Notes: generated by a model from the letters alone, not told the origin. A stretch of 32,000 bases of DNA from Sinorhizobium meliloti (GCF_017876815.1 NZ_JAGIOS010000003.1:1500001-1532000), one strand, 5' to 3'. Counted from the first letter of the stretch, positions 1 to 7,579 are shown. Made by a program: numbers and translations.

Positions 1-176
1 GCGTATCCGGAATCGGCGGCCTGAAACTGGATGCGATTTATCGTGCCACCGGGCGCACCACGGGCCTCGTTGCCGGCGAGCATGGCCAGCATGTAATAGG
101 CGCCAAGTTCCCCCTCGATGTAGGTGCCGGCTCCCCCTCGAGCGGCAGGCGCTCCGGAATATCTTGCTTCGTTCAT
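1..176 (-). CDS. Hypothetical protein, N-terminal 58 codons only (gene runs off the left edge)
   Basis: Reverse-strand ATG at 176-174 with GAGGG (183-187) 6 nt upstream, open to the window edge. Translation is MNEARYSGAPAARGGAGTYIEGELGAYYMLAMLAGNEARGAPGGTINRIQFQAADSGY. It is missing from the ORF track because it is open-ended. Family not recognised with confidence. Confidence 0.5.
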   Translation of the reverse strand, partial: MNEARYSGAPAARGGAGTYIEGELGAYYMLAMLAGNEARGAPGGTINRIQFQAADSGY

Positions 177-261
177 AACCTGCCCTCTTTCGAGCAGATA
201 ACTTACGAAATACTCGCGTTAGCTTCAACTTGGGTTCGGTCCAGAGCGGTCATGGTCGCCG

Positions 262-279
262 AGAATTCAAGGGAATTCT
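262..279. promoter_or_regulatory. Perfect 7-bp inverted repeat AGAATTC-AAGG-GAATTCT in the leader of the left-edge gene
   Basis: Read directly from the sequence. Lies 86-103 nt upstream of the ATG at 176. Could be a hairpin or an operator; function unknown. Confidence 0.25.
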
Positions 280-352
280 ACGCAGATCTCTAGCGTCGTG
301 AATTCCGCTGTGATCGACGTCCGCTTCCAGGCGTCGGTGTGGTTGCTCCAAC

Positions 353-541
353 GACCGAAATGGGCGCACACCCGCCGTCCGTGCTAACGAATTTATTGTC
401 CGCTTCGGGTTACTAAATCGCGTCGGTAGCCAAAGTGCACGGTGTTTGAAGGGAGCCGTTCTTCACGAGCGGCGAACGGCTTGTTGCTAGGATGTTCACG
501 TTCTGGGCCAAGAAGATCGCATAATGTATCGTCAGGAACAC
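353..541. repeat. Copy 1 of a ~190-bp non-coding repeat (conserved arm plus dif-like core)
   Basis: Hand alignment to 20227-20410 plus 21604-21613 gives about 85% identity with five 1-2 nt indels. Outer flanks are unrelated. No reading frame is conserved between the copies. Confidence 0.85.
514..541 (+). other. dif/cer-like candidate Xer recombination core (copy 1)
   Basis: Reads agatCGCATAA-TGTATC-gtcaggaacac. Positions 518-529 (CGCATAATGTAT) are identical to 12 consecutive nt of E. coli dif (GGTGCGCATAA-TGTATA-TTATGTTAAAT). The right arm is diverged. Confidence 0.5.
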
Positions 542-615
542 TCGGGGCTCAACGAACCACCAAACTGGATAGTAACATAGCATTTCAGCCGGCGGGGTCC
601 GCAGTTCGAGTCCTT

Positions 616-708
616 TCAAGACCCAGAAGGCTCGACGAGCAGTCCACGCATCATAGCATCGGTGATGGCACCGGTTCTGATGAAGCCAACCTTCTCAGGT
701 AGTGGCAT
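616..708 (-). pseudogene. Truncated remnant (30 codons) of a ProC-like / NAD(P)-binding oxidoreductase gene
   Basis: ORF MPLPEKVGFIRTGAITDAMMRGLLVEPSGS* starts 2 nt after the GntR stop. It resembles the N-terminal Rossmann segment (IGFIGTGAI...) of pyrroline-5-carboxylate-reductase-like proteins, with G to R inside the glycine motif. It ends where the repeat-associated DNA begins. Confidence 0.45.
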
Positions 709-710
709 GA

Positions 711-1430
711 TTACTCCGCCGCGGCTCGCGAACCAAGGGAAACGTCGGTCGTGTAGTTTTCGCGCAGGAATGCGATGAAATTGTCTTGGAACTGCCGCGT
801 GTGGGCGTGCGCCAGTTCGTCAGCGCGCTCGACGTCCTTGGCCCTGATGGCTTCGAGCATCAGTTCGTGCTCGTCGGTCAGAAGATAACCGTCGCCGGTG
901 CGCTCCAGGTATTCGAAATGCAGATGCAGCATGCGCTGCCCCTGGTTCAAAAGCCGCTCGTAGAACGAGGCGAGATAGGGATTCTTGCCTGCATAGGCGA
1001 TGGCCATATGAAACTGCTTGTTGGCTTCCGACATCTTCAGATGCACGTTGGTTTTCACCGCGGCCTCGAATTCCTTCTGCCGTTTGGCGATGATCTTCAG
1101 GTCCGCGTCAGTGCGTAAGGCCGCGGCAAGGCGTGTGTTCATGCGCTGGGCGACGTCGAGGGCCTCGACGTATTTCGGGAAGCTCGCCACCTCTATTGGC
1201 GCGACGATGGTGCTGCGGTTGGAGAGCGTCACCACGAGGTCTTCGCCGGCCAGCCGGATCAGCGCCTCACGCACCGGTGAGCGCGACATGTCGAAGCGTT
1301 CCGCGAGTGTGGTCTCGTCGAGCAGTTGGCCCGGCGGCAGGCTCAGCGCTAGGATCTCGCCCCGGAGCGTCTCGTAGACATTTTTCCAACCGGTGCCGCG
1401 CACCCGTTTCGATTCAAGTTCCTCAGACAC
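711..1430 (-). CDS. GntR-family (FadR/FCD subfamily) transcriptional regulator, divergent from the transporter/catabolic operon
   Basis: 239-aa ORF with an N-terminal winged-HTH (LDETTLAERFDMSRSPVREALIRL) and a C-terminal all-helical FCD-like domain. GTG start at 1430 with AAGGGA 5 nt upstream. Confidence 0.9.
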   Translation of the reverse strand: MSEELESKRVRGTGWKNVYETLRGEILALSLPPGQLLDETTLAERFDMSRSPVREALIRLAGEDLVVTLSNRSTIVAPIEVASFPKYVEALDVAQRMNTRLAAALRTDADLKIIAKRQKEFEAAVKTNVHLKMSEANKQFHMAIAYAGKNPYLASFYERLLNQGQRMLHLHFEYLERTGDGYLLTDEHELMLEAIRAKDVERADELAHAHTRQFQDNFIAFLRENYTTDVSLGSRAAAE

Positions 1431-1500
1431 TTACGTCCCTTTTCGTCAGCGGCGGGCATTGGGCCAGAAAATCAGGCCGTCATCAATCGTAAAATTTCTG

Positions 1501-1546
1501 CTTGACTTTGTCGACAGCGAGACGACATATTTTTACCAGTCGACAC
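1501..1546 (+). promoter_or_regulatory. Candidate promoter (CTTGAC-N18-ACATAT) with two GTCGAC palindromes (1510-1515, 1539-1544), likely GntR operator(s)
   Basis: Lies in the divergent intergenic region 1431-1621. ttGTCGACag and caGTCGACac fit the short GT..AC dyads used by FadR-type GntR regulators. No experimental support. Confidence 0.35.
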
Positions 1547-1621
1547 GGAGCCGACAAAAAACGACCGCAAGAACGGCCGAAGCCGACGGGTGGAACGCGC
1601 TTACAGCGCTTAAAATGGGGA

Positions 1622-2461
1622 ATGCACATGCTTTCAAAGATGATGACGTCCGCTCTGCGGGCGACGGCGGCGCTCGCCCTGACGTTGGGTGTTTCGACTG
1701 CGACTGCCTCGGCTCAGACGGCAGAAGGCTATTGGCAGGGCGTTCAGAAATCCGGCACGCTGCGCTGCGGCGCCGCGGTTGCCCCGCCCTATGTGATGCG
1801 TGATCCGGCCAGCGGTGAGTATTCCGGCTTCTTCGCCGATCTCTGCCGCGAATTCGCTGAAGTGCTGCAGGTGAAGCCAGAATTCGTCGATACGACTTGG
1901 GACAACATTGTCGCGGGGCTTCAGGCCGGCAAATGGGATCTCTCCCTGGCGCTGAATCGCACGCCGGCGCGCGCCATGGCGGTGCAGTTTTCGATCCCGG
2001 CGATGGAGTACCAGATCTCTCTCGCGTACAACAAGGACAATCCGAAGATTCCGGCGGGCGCCACCTCGGTTGCCGACATCGACAAGGCCGATGTTACGCT
2101 CGCCGTCATGTCCGGCACGGCCCAGGACAAGGCGATTTCAGCCGCAGTCAAAACCGCGACGATCCTGCGTCTTCCGACTAATGACGAAACGCGTCTCGCC
2201 GTGGTCTCCCGTCGGGCCGACGTTCTCGTCGATGCCTCAGATACCAACCAGTTGTTCACCCAATCGAACCCGGATTGGGCGGTTGCGATGAACCCGACGC
2301 CGGCCCTCGCAAAGCAGGGCGTTGCCTTTGGCCTGCCGCATCAACTCTCCGCCGCGGATGTTGAAGTGGTCAATATCTTCCTCGAAGAGCGGGTCGCGAC
2401 CGGCCACGTCGAGGAACTGATCCGCAAGGCCGTCGACCAGGTCCTGAAGGCCAGCAACTGA
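1622..2461 (+). CDS. Polar amino-acid ABC transporter substrate-binding protein (family 3 SBP), signal peptide
   Basis: I trimmed the track ORF 1502..2461 to ATG 1622 (or 1628), which gives MHMLSKMMTSALRATAALALTLGVSTATASAQ as a signal peptide. SBP_bac_3-like body. Confidence 0.85.
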   Translation: MHMLSKMMTSALRATAALALTLGVSTATASAQTAEGYWQGVQKSGTLRCGAAVAPPYVMRDPASGEYSGFFADLCREFAEVLQVKPEFVDTTWDNIVAGLQAGKWDLSLALNRTPARAMAVQFSIPAMEYQISLAYNKDNPKIPAGATSVADIDKADVTLAVMSGTAQDKAISAAVKTATILRLPTNDETRLAVVSRRADVLVDASDTNQLFTQSNPDWAVAMNPTPALAKQGVAFGLPHQLSAADVEVVNIFLEERVATGHVEELIRKAVDQVLKASN

Positions 2462-2468
2462 ACCGTGC

Positions 2469-2492
2469 CGGGGCCGCCTCCCGGCGGCTCCG
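2469..2492 (+). promoter_or_regulatory. Intercistronic GC-rich stem-loop after the SBP gene
   Basis: cggggccgcc-tccc-ggcggctccg forms a 10-bp stem with one G-U pair. No clear U-tract. This is the usual position for SBP/membrane-component stoichiometry control. Confidence 0.45.
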
Positions 2493-2522
2493 CTCCCTGT
2501 CTTAAGGAGGAGAGTTGGGACG

Positions 2523-3293
2523 ATGTCGGACACAGCTGCGCTGGTCAAAATCGAGGGACTGCACAAGAGCTATGGCGGCGTCATACAGGTGCTGCAAGGC
2601 CTGGATATCGAGATGAAGGCCGGCGACCGTGTCGTCGTCATCGGCCCCTCCGGCGGTGGCAAGTCGACTCTTCTTCGGGTGTTAATGGGGCTCGAGCAAA
2701 TCGATAGCGGCTCGATCCTCTTCGGCGGTAAGCCCTACATCTCCGCAAACGGCTCCGGCAAGACCGTCATCGATGCCAAGGTGCGACGCTCGATCGGCAT
2801 GGTGTTCCAGCACTACACGCTGTTTCCGCATCTCGACGTGATCAGTAACCTGATCCTAGCACCGACGAAGGTGAGGGGCGAAAACAAGGCGGTAGCTCGC
2901 GAACGGGCGATGGCGCTGCTCACCCGCTTTGGACTGGCGGCCAAGGCCAATGCCTATCCGGCCCAGCTATCAGGCGGCCAGAAACAGCGCGTGGCGATCG
3001 CCCGTGCCCTGATGCTCGATCCAAGGCTGATGTTGTTCGATGAGGTGACCTCGGCGCTCGATCCCGAGCTCGTCGCCGAAGTCGAGCAGGTGATCATGCA
3101 GCTCGCCCAGCAGCAGATGCCGATGGTCATCGTTACTCACGACATGTGGTTCGCCAAGAACATTGCCTCCCGCGTGATCTTCTGCGCCGGTGGCGTGGTC
3201 GTCGAGGATGGTCCGCCGGAACAGGTGCTGGGGGCGCCGAAAGAGGAACGCACCCGCGAATTTATCGAGCGCGTCTTCCACATCAAACACTGA
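2523..3293 (+). CDS. Amino-acid ABC transporter ATP-binding protein
   Basis: Walker [10 protein letters not shown], signature LSGGQKQR, Walker [22 protein letters not shown] upstream. Confidence 0.95.
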   Translation: MSDTAALVKIEGLHKSYGGVIQVLQGLDIEMKAGDRVVVIGPSGGGKSTLLRVLMGLEQIDSGSILFGGKPYISANGSGKTVIDAKVRRSIGMVFQHYTLFPHLDVISNLILAPTKVRGENKAVARERAMALLTRFGLAAKANAYPAQLSGGQKQRVAIARALMLDPRLMLFDEVTSALDPELVAEVEQVIMQLAQQQMPMVIVTHDMWFAKNIASRVIFCAGGVVVEDGPPEQVLGAPKEERTREFIERVFHIKH

Positions 3294-3304
3294 GGAGCGA
3301 CGTC

Positions 3305-3973
3305 ATGAATTACAGTTTCGACTTCGCGTCCGTGTTTCGCAATTTCGGACCGCTCTGGGAAGGCCTCTGGGTTACGGTTCAACTCACGATCGCGGCCAAC
3401 GTCATTGGGCTGACGCTCGGTTTCCTGCTTGCACTGCTCGTCATGAGCCGCTGGGCAGTGATACGGCTCCCTGTCACCCTCTTCATCGAATTCTTCCGCT
3501 GCACGCCGGCGATCATCCAGATCGTCTGGTTCTTCTATTGCGTCCCGATGCTGTTCAATGTTTTCCTCGGCTCGGTGACGATGGGCATCATGGCGCTTGG
3601 CCTCAATCTCGCGGCCTTCAATGCCGAGGCCTATCGCGCCTCGATCCAGGCTGTTCCCCGAGAGCAGCTGGATGCGGGTATAGCGCTCGGCCTCAACCCG
3701 TTCCAACGGATCCTCTACATTGTCCTGCCGACGGCGGTCCGCAGTTCAATCCCGGTCCTGCTCACCAACGGGATCGGCATCTTCCAACAATCCGCACTGG
3801 TCGCGATCGTGGCCGTTCAGGACCTAATGTATCAGGGCAAGACACTCGCAACGCAGACCTATCGTCCGATCGAAACCTTCACCATCGTCGCGCTCGTCTA
3901 TTTTGCCCTGTCGTTTCCGGTCTCGCAGATCGTCGGCTATCTGGAACGCCGCCGCGAAGCCATGGCAAGCTGA
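3305..3973 (+). CDS. Amino-acid ABC transporter permease (His/Glu/Gln/Arg/opine family)
   Basis: I trimmed the track ORF 3146..3973 to ATG 3305, which has GAGGAG upstream. 222 aa, multiple TM segments, EAA-like motif region. Confidence 0.9.
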   Translation: MNYSFDFASVFRNFGPLWEGLWVTVQLTIAANVIGLTLGFLLALLVMSRWAVIRLPVTLFIEFFRCTPAIIQIVWFFYCVPMLFNVFLGSVTMGIMALGLNLAAFNAEAYRASIQAVPREQLDAGIALGLNPFQRILYIVLPTAVRSSIPVLLTNGIGIFQQSALVAIVAVQDLMYQGKTLATQTYRPIETFTIVALVYFALSFPVSQIVGYLERRREAMAS

Positions 3974-3984
3974 GGAGACCAACG

Positions 3985-4653
3985 ATGATGAGCTTCAACT
4001 TCGCGATCGTGCTCAAGTTCCAGGAGGCTCTCCTTCTCGGCCTCTGGACCACACTCAAGCTCACCCTGATCTGCATCGTGCTCGGCTGCGTTCTCGGCTT
4101 CCTGCTGGCGCTTGCCCGCACATCGAAAAGAGCCATGCTGCGGGGCGTTTCCGGCATCTACGTAGAATTCTTCCGCGGCACACCCGTGCTCGTGCAGTTG
4201 TTCTGGATCTTCTTCTGCCTGCCGCTGATCCTCGGCGTTGAACTCTCCAACATGGCGTCGGGCATCATTGCCCTTACGCTCTACATGGGCGCGATCAGCA
4301 GCGAGACGTTCCGGGCATCGCTCAAATCCGTTGGCCGTGAGCAACTGGACGCATGTGTGGCGCTGGGGCTTTCTCCTTGGGTCCGGACGACGAGCGTCGT
4401 TCTCCCGCAGGCGGTGCTGCGCGCGGCACCCACGCTGCTTTCCAATTGCGTCAGCCTCTTCAAGGAAAGCGCGCTCGTCTCGGCCGTCGGCATGGCGGAC
4501 CTGATGTTCGTTGGCCAGAACATCTCCAACAACACGGCGCGGCCGGTCGAGGTGCTGACCGTCGTCGCGCTGATCTACTTCGTCATCGCCTTTCCGCTAA
4601 CGCGTGCCGTCACGGTTGTCGAACAACGCATTCTCAAGCGGCTGGCCGTCTGA
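3985..4653 (+). CDS. Amino-acid ABC transporter permease (second subunit)
   Basis: ATG 3985 with GAGGAG upstream. 222 aa, paralogous to 3305-3973. The N-terminal part of track ORF 3190..4653 is an out-of-frame overlap. Confidence 0.9.
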   Translation: MMSFNFAIVLKFQEALLLGLWTTLKLTLICIVLGCVLGFLLALARTSKRAMLRGVSGIYVEFFRGTPVLVQLFWIFFCLPLILGVELSNMASGIIALTLYMGAISSETFRASLKSVGREQLDACVALGLSPWVRTTSVVLPQAVLRAAPTLLSNCVSLFKESALVSAVGMADLMFVGQNISNNTARPVEVLTVVALIYFVIAFPLTRAVTVVEQRILKRLAV

Positions 4654-4689
4654 ACGCGCCAACCGCCTGGACCCAAAATGGAGACCCTC

Positions 4690-5568
4690 ATGAAACTCTC
4701 AGGCGTCATGCCCGCACTCGTCACCCCCTTCGATGCCAAGGGCAAGATCGACTTCAAGGCATTGGAAAAGCTGCTTGTCCACCTGCGCGACGCGGGGGTT
4801 ACAGGCTGGGTGCCGAACGGCTCGACCGGGGAATATTTCAGCCAGTCGACGGCGGAGCGTCGGGAAGTTCTCCAGGTCGTCAAGGACTTCGCCAAGCCGG
4901 GTGAAATTTTGATCGCCGGCACGAACGCACCTGCCACGCGCGAAGTCATTGAACAGACCGCGATGGCAAAGGAGATCGGCTACGACACGGTCCTGCTCGC
5001 GCCTCCCTTCTACACACGCCCGACCCAGGAAGAGCTCATCAAGCATTACGAGACCGTGCTTTCCGCAGTCGATGTCAATCTCGTGCTCTACAGCTACCCC
5101 GCAAAGGATGGCTCGGACATCAGCTTCGAACTGATGGATCATTTCGCGGACAATCCGCGCGTTATCGGCATCAAGGAAAGCTCCGGCGTCTTGCAGCGCG
5201 CGATCGACATCGCAAGCCGCTATGAGGGTAAGATCCAGCTCGTCAGCGGGTCGGACGACATCGCGCTCGATTTCATGTTCTGGGGTGCGGACAGCTGGAT
5301 CTGCGGCCCGTCCAACTGCATGGCCAAGGCCTGCTGCGATCTCGACCGAACCTACAAGTCGGGGGATTTGGACAAGGGCCGCGAGATGATGAAGACGCTC
5401 TACCGCGCGATGAATATCCTCGAGTCCGGCAAGTTCGTCCAGAAGATCAAATATGGCTGCGAATTGCAGGACCTGCCGGTCGGCGAGTGCCGCGCGCCGC
5501 TTGGGCCCCTCACGGATGACGAAAAGGCCGAGTTCCGCGCCGCTATGGAACCGATCCTGAACTGGTGA
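4690..5568 (+). CDS. DapA/NAL-family class I aldolase-type enzyme; in context likely 1-pyrroline-4-hydroxy-2-carboxylate deaminase
   Basis: MKLSGVMPALVTPF... is a typical DHDPS-family N-terminus, with GSTGE and IKES (Schiff-base Lys) motifs. GGAGA lies 5 nt before ATG 4690; the alternative ATG 4678 lacks an SD. The function is inferred from neighbours. Confidence 0.85.
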   Translation: MKLSGVMPALVTPFDAKGKIDFKALEKLLVHLRDAGVTGWVPNGSTGEYFSQSTAERREVLQVVKDFAKPGEILIAGTNAPATREVIEQTAMAKEIGYDTVLLAPPFYTRPTQEELIKHYETVLSAVDVNLVLYSYPAKDGSDISFELMDHFADNPRVIGIKESSGVLQRAIDIASRYEGKIQLVSGSDDIALDFMFWGADSWICGPSNCMAKACCDLDRTYKSGDLDKGREMMKTLYRAMNILESGKFVQKIKYGCELQDLPVGECRAPLGPLTDDEKAEFRAAMEPILNW

Positions 5569-5576
5569 GCCGCCAT

Positions 5577-5599
5577 GGCCGGGCGGCTCGCGCCCGGCC
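5577..5599 (+). promoter_or_regulatory. Intercistronic GC hairpin (ggccgggcg-gctcg-cgcccggcc)
   Basis: 9-bp perfect stem between 5568 and 5629. No U-tract. Confidence 0.35.
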
Positions 5600-5628
5600 G
5601 ATCTTGAAGCCTGACGGGAGAGCGCAGC

Positions 5629-6861
5629 ATGACCACCGTCGTTATCGGCGCGGGCATTATCGGTACGACCATCGCCTACGAACTGCAAAAGCGTGGGCGG
5701 CGGGTCGTCCTGCTCGACAAGGGCGAGGTCGGATGTGGCGCGTCCTACGGCAACATGGCGTCGATCGCCGTGACGGAGTTCATGCCGGCCTCGCGCCCGT
5801 CGATCTGGAAACAGATCCCGGGCTGGATGCTTGATCCGGAAGGACCGGTTCGGGTCCGCCCCGGTTACATGCCGAAACTACTTCCCTGGTTCGCTCGCTT
5901 CGTTGCGGCGTCTCGGCCCAGCAAGCTGCGTCAACTTGAGGCCCAGGGGGCGGTTCTTTGTAAGCGCGTCTATGAGGACCTGCTGCCGCTGCTGCGCGAG
6001 ACGGGACTGGAGGGTGAGCTGACGGAGGAGGGCTGCCTCTCGCTCTATAGCAGCGAGGCGGAGTTCCGCGCCGACCGCGAGCATATCGAAATACTGGAGC
6101 ATTTCGACTTACCGCACCGGCGGCTGACGGGCACTCAAGCGCGGGAACTGGAGCCGGAACTCTCCGAGAGCATTGGTATCGCCGTGCTCTTGCCACAAAA
6201 CCGGAGCCTTCGCGACCCGTTTCGCCTTGTGCAGAGCCTTGCGCAGCGCTTCACCGCGCTCGGCGGCGAGTTTCGGCGCGGTGCGGTGGGCGGTTTCGAC
6301 CGCTCCGACCGCATCTCCGCCGTCCGGCTTGTCGGCGGCGATCCTATTGCCGCCGATGAGGTGGTGATCTGCGCTGGGGCTCATAGCGGCTTGCTGTCGA
6401 AGATGCTGGGCGAACCGATGCCGCTCGAAACCGAGCGCGGCTATCACACGCAGATCATGTCGCCCGGCATTTCCATGCGTCACTCAATCATCTGGCCTGC
6501 CCGGGCCTTCATGGTCACACCGACGGCGGGCGGCATCCGCGTCGGCGGAACGGTCGAGATGGCGGGTCTCGATGCCGCACCCGACTATCGGCGTTCAAAG
6601 ATTACCGTTCGGCGGGCGCAGACGGCGTTGCCCAACCTGCGCTGTGAGGACTTTTCCGAGTGGATGGGCCATCGCCCGGCCTTCCCGGATACCGTTCCAG
6701 TCATTTCGGCATCGGCGAAGACACCAGGTGTCTTCTACGCCACCGGTCACGGTCACCTGGGCGTCACCTATGCGGCAACCACCGCGCGGCTGATGGGCGA
6801 TCTGATCACCGGCGCGACACCGCCCGTCGATATACGTCCCTATCGCATCGACCGGTTTTGA
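5629..6861 (+). CDS. FAD-dependent oxidoreductase (DAO / D-amino-acid dehydrogenase family); likely D-hydroxyproline dehydrogenase
   Basis: N-terminal VVIGAGIIGTTIAYEL dinucleotide-binding motif, 410 aa. The context is a hydroxyproline-type pathway. Confidence 0.85.
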   Translation: MTTVVIGAGIIGTTIAYELQKRGRRVVLLDKGEVGCGASYGNMASIAVTEFMPASRPSIWKQIPGWMLDPEGPVRVRPGYMPKLLPWFARFVAASRPSKLRQLEAQGAVLCKRVYEDLLPLLRETGLEGELTEEGCLSLYSSEAEFRADREHIEILEHFDLPHRRLTGTQARELEPELSESIGIAVLLPQNRSLRDPFRLVQSLAQRFTALGGEFRRGAVGGFDRSDRISAVRLVGGDPIAADEVVICAGAHSGLLSKMLGEPMPLETERGYHTQIMSPGISMRHSIIWPARAFMVTPTAGGIRVGGTVEMAGLDAAPDYRRSKITVRRAQTALPNLRCEDFSEWMGHRPAFPDTVPVISASAKTPGVFYATGHGHLGVTYAATTARLMGDLITGATPPVDIRPYRIDRF

Positions 6862-6873
6862 AAGGAGTTCTCG

Positions 6874-7572
6874 ATGACCGATAAGGTTTGCCTGATCACC
6901 GGTGGCGGCAGAGGCATGGGCGCGGCGGTGGCGCGTGAGATGCACGCGCGCGGCTACAAGCTCGTCCTGATGTCGCCTTCGGAAAATTGCGAAACGCTGG
7001 CCGCAGAGCTCGGCGGCATCGCCCGCCGTGGCGTGGCGCAAAGCGCTGCTGATCTCAAGGGCATCGCCGATCTCGCCATGTCCACTTATGGCAGGATCGA
7101 CGCGGTACTGAACCATACCGGCCATCCCCCAAAAGGCGACCTTCTCGAGATCACCGACGAAAACTGGGATCTCGCCAATGACATGATCGCCAAGTCGGTC
7201 ATCAGAATGGCACGGCTGGTGACACCGGTGATGGAGGCGCAGGGCGGTGGTTCGATCGTCAACATCACGACTTATGCGGCGTTCGAGCCGTCACTTTGGT
7301 TTCCTGCGTCCTGTGTCTATCGCGCCGGGGTCTCCTCCTTCACCAAGCTCTATTCGGACCGCTACGGTCCGAAGAACATCCGCATGAACTGCCTTCTCCC
7401 AGGCTTCACCGACAGTCTCGATGTCGGCAAATTTGCAGATCTGACAGCGCTCAAGAGGATCGGCCGGGTTGAAGAACAGGCCAAGGCTGCGGCTTTCCTG
7501 CTCAGCGACGATTCCAGCTACATCACCGGCCAGAGCCTTCGAGTCGATGGCGGGCTGACGCGTCACATGTGA
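6874..7572 (+). CDS. Short-chain dehydrogenase/reductase family protein (atypical active-site spacing)
   Basis: TGGGRGMG cofactor motif and Rossmann fold. The expected YxxxK reads YRAGV, with no Lys at +4. Confidence 0.8.
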   Translation: MTDKVCLITGGGRGMGAAVAREMHARGYKLVLMSPSENCETLAAELGGIARRGVAQSAADLKGIADLAMSTYGRIDAVLNHTGHPPKGDLLEITDENWDLANDMIAKSVIRMARLVTPVMEAQGGGSIVNITTYAAFEPSLWFPASCVYRAGVSSFTKLYSDRYGPKNIRMNCLLPGFTDSLDVGKFADLTALKRIGRVEEQAKAAAFLLSDDSSYITGQSLRVDGGLTRHM

Positions 7573-7579
7573 GGACACC

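Noticed and set aside
362-481. Group II intron fragment: minus-strand GTGCGCC at 362-368, and a domain-V-like hairpin at 454-481
   Set aside because: The hairpin lacks the domain V bulge and AGC triad geometry. The two features are on opposite strands relative to intron polarity. There is no intron-encoded protein or other domains.
603-616. tRNA-like T-loop string GCAGTTCGAGTCC
   Set aside because: The flanking bases cannot form the 5-bp T stem (cgcag against ccttt). No acceptor or anticodon arms could be drawn.
413-702. Track ORFs 413..619(-) and 442..702(+) inside repeat copy 1, and 20286..20540(-) in copy 2
   Set aside because: The two repeat copies differ by 1-2 nt indels, so the translations agree only in short patches. 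There is no start context and no recognisable protein features. I treat them as non-coding.
3190-4653. 487-aa ORF from the track
   Set aside because: Its first ~265 codons are an Arg/Pro-rich out-of-frame overlap of the permease at 3305-3973. Only 3985-4653 has an SD and permease features.
4699-5688. Long antisense ORFs opposite real genes. Examples: 4699..5688(-), 7865..8902(-), 10023..11168(-), 10780..11622(-), 22392..23438(-), 24753..25775(-), 26474..27952(-), 27867..28730(-), 28625..29470(-), 29041..30162(+)
   Set aside because: These are typical high-GC shadow frames. They are Arg/Ala/Gly/Pro-rich with low-complexity translations and no family motifs. Each is fully overlapped by a well-supported gene on the other strand or frame.
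7262-7290. Reverse-strand GCCGCATAA-gtcgtg-atgttgacgat (dif-like left arm) inside the SDR coding region
   Set aside because: Only the 7-mer CGCATAA matches. The spacer and right arm do not, it lies in an intact CDS, and it is not at any breakpoint.
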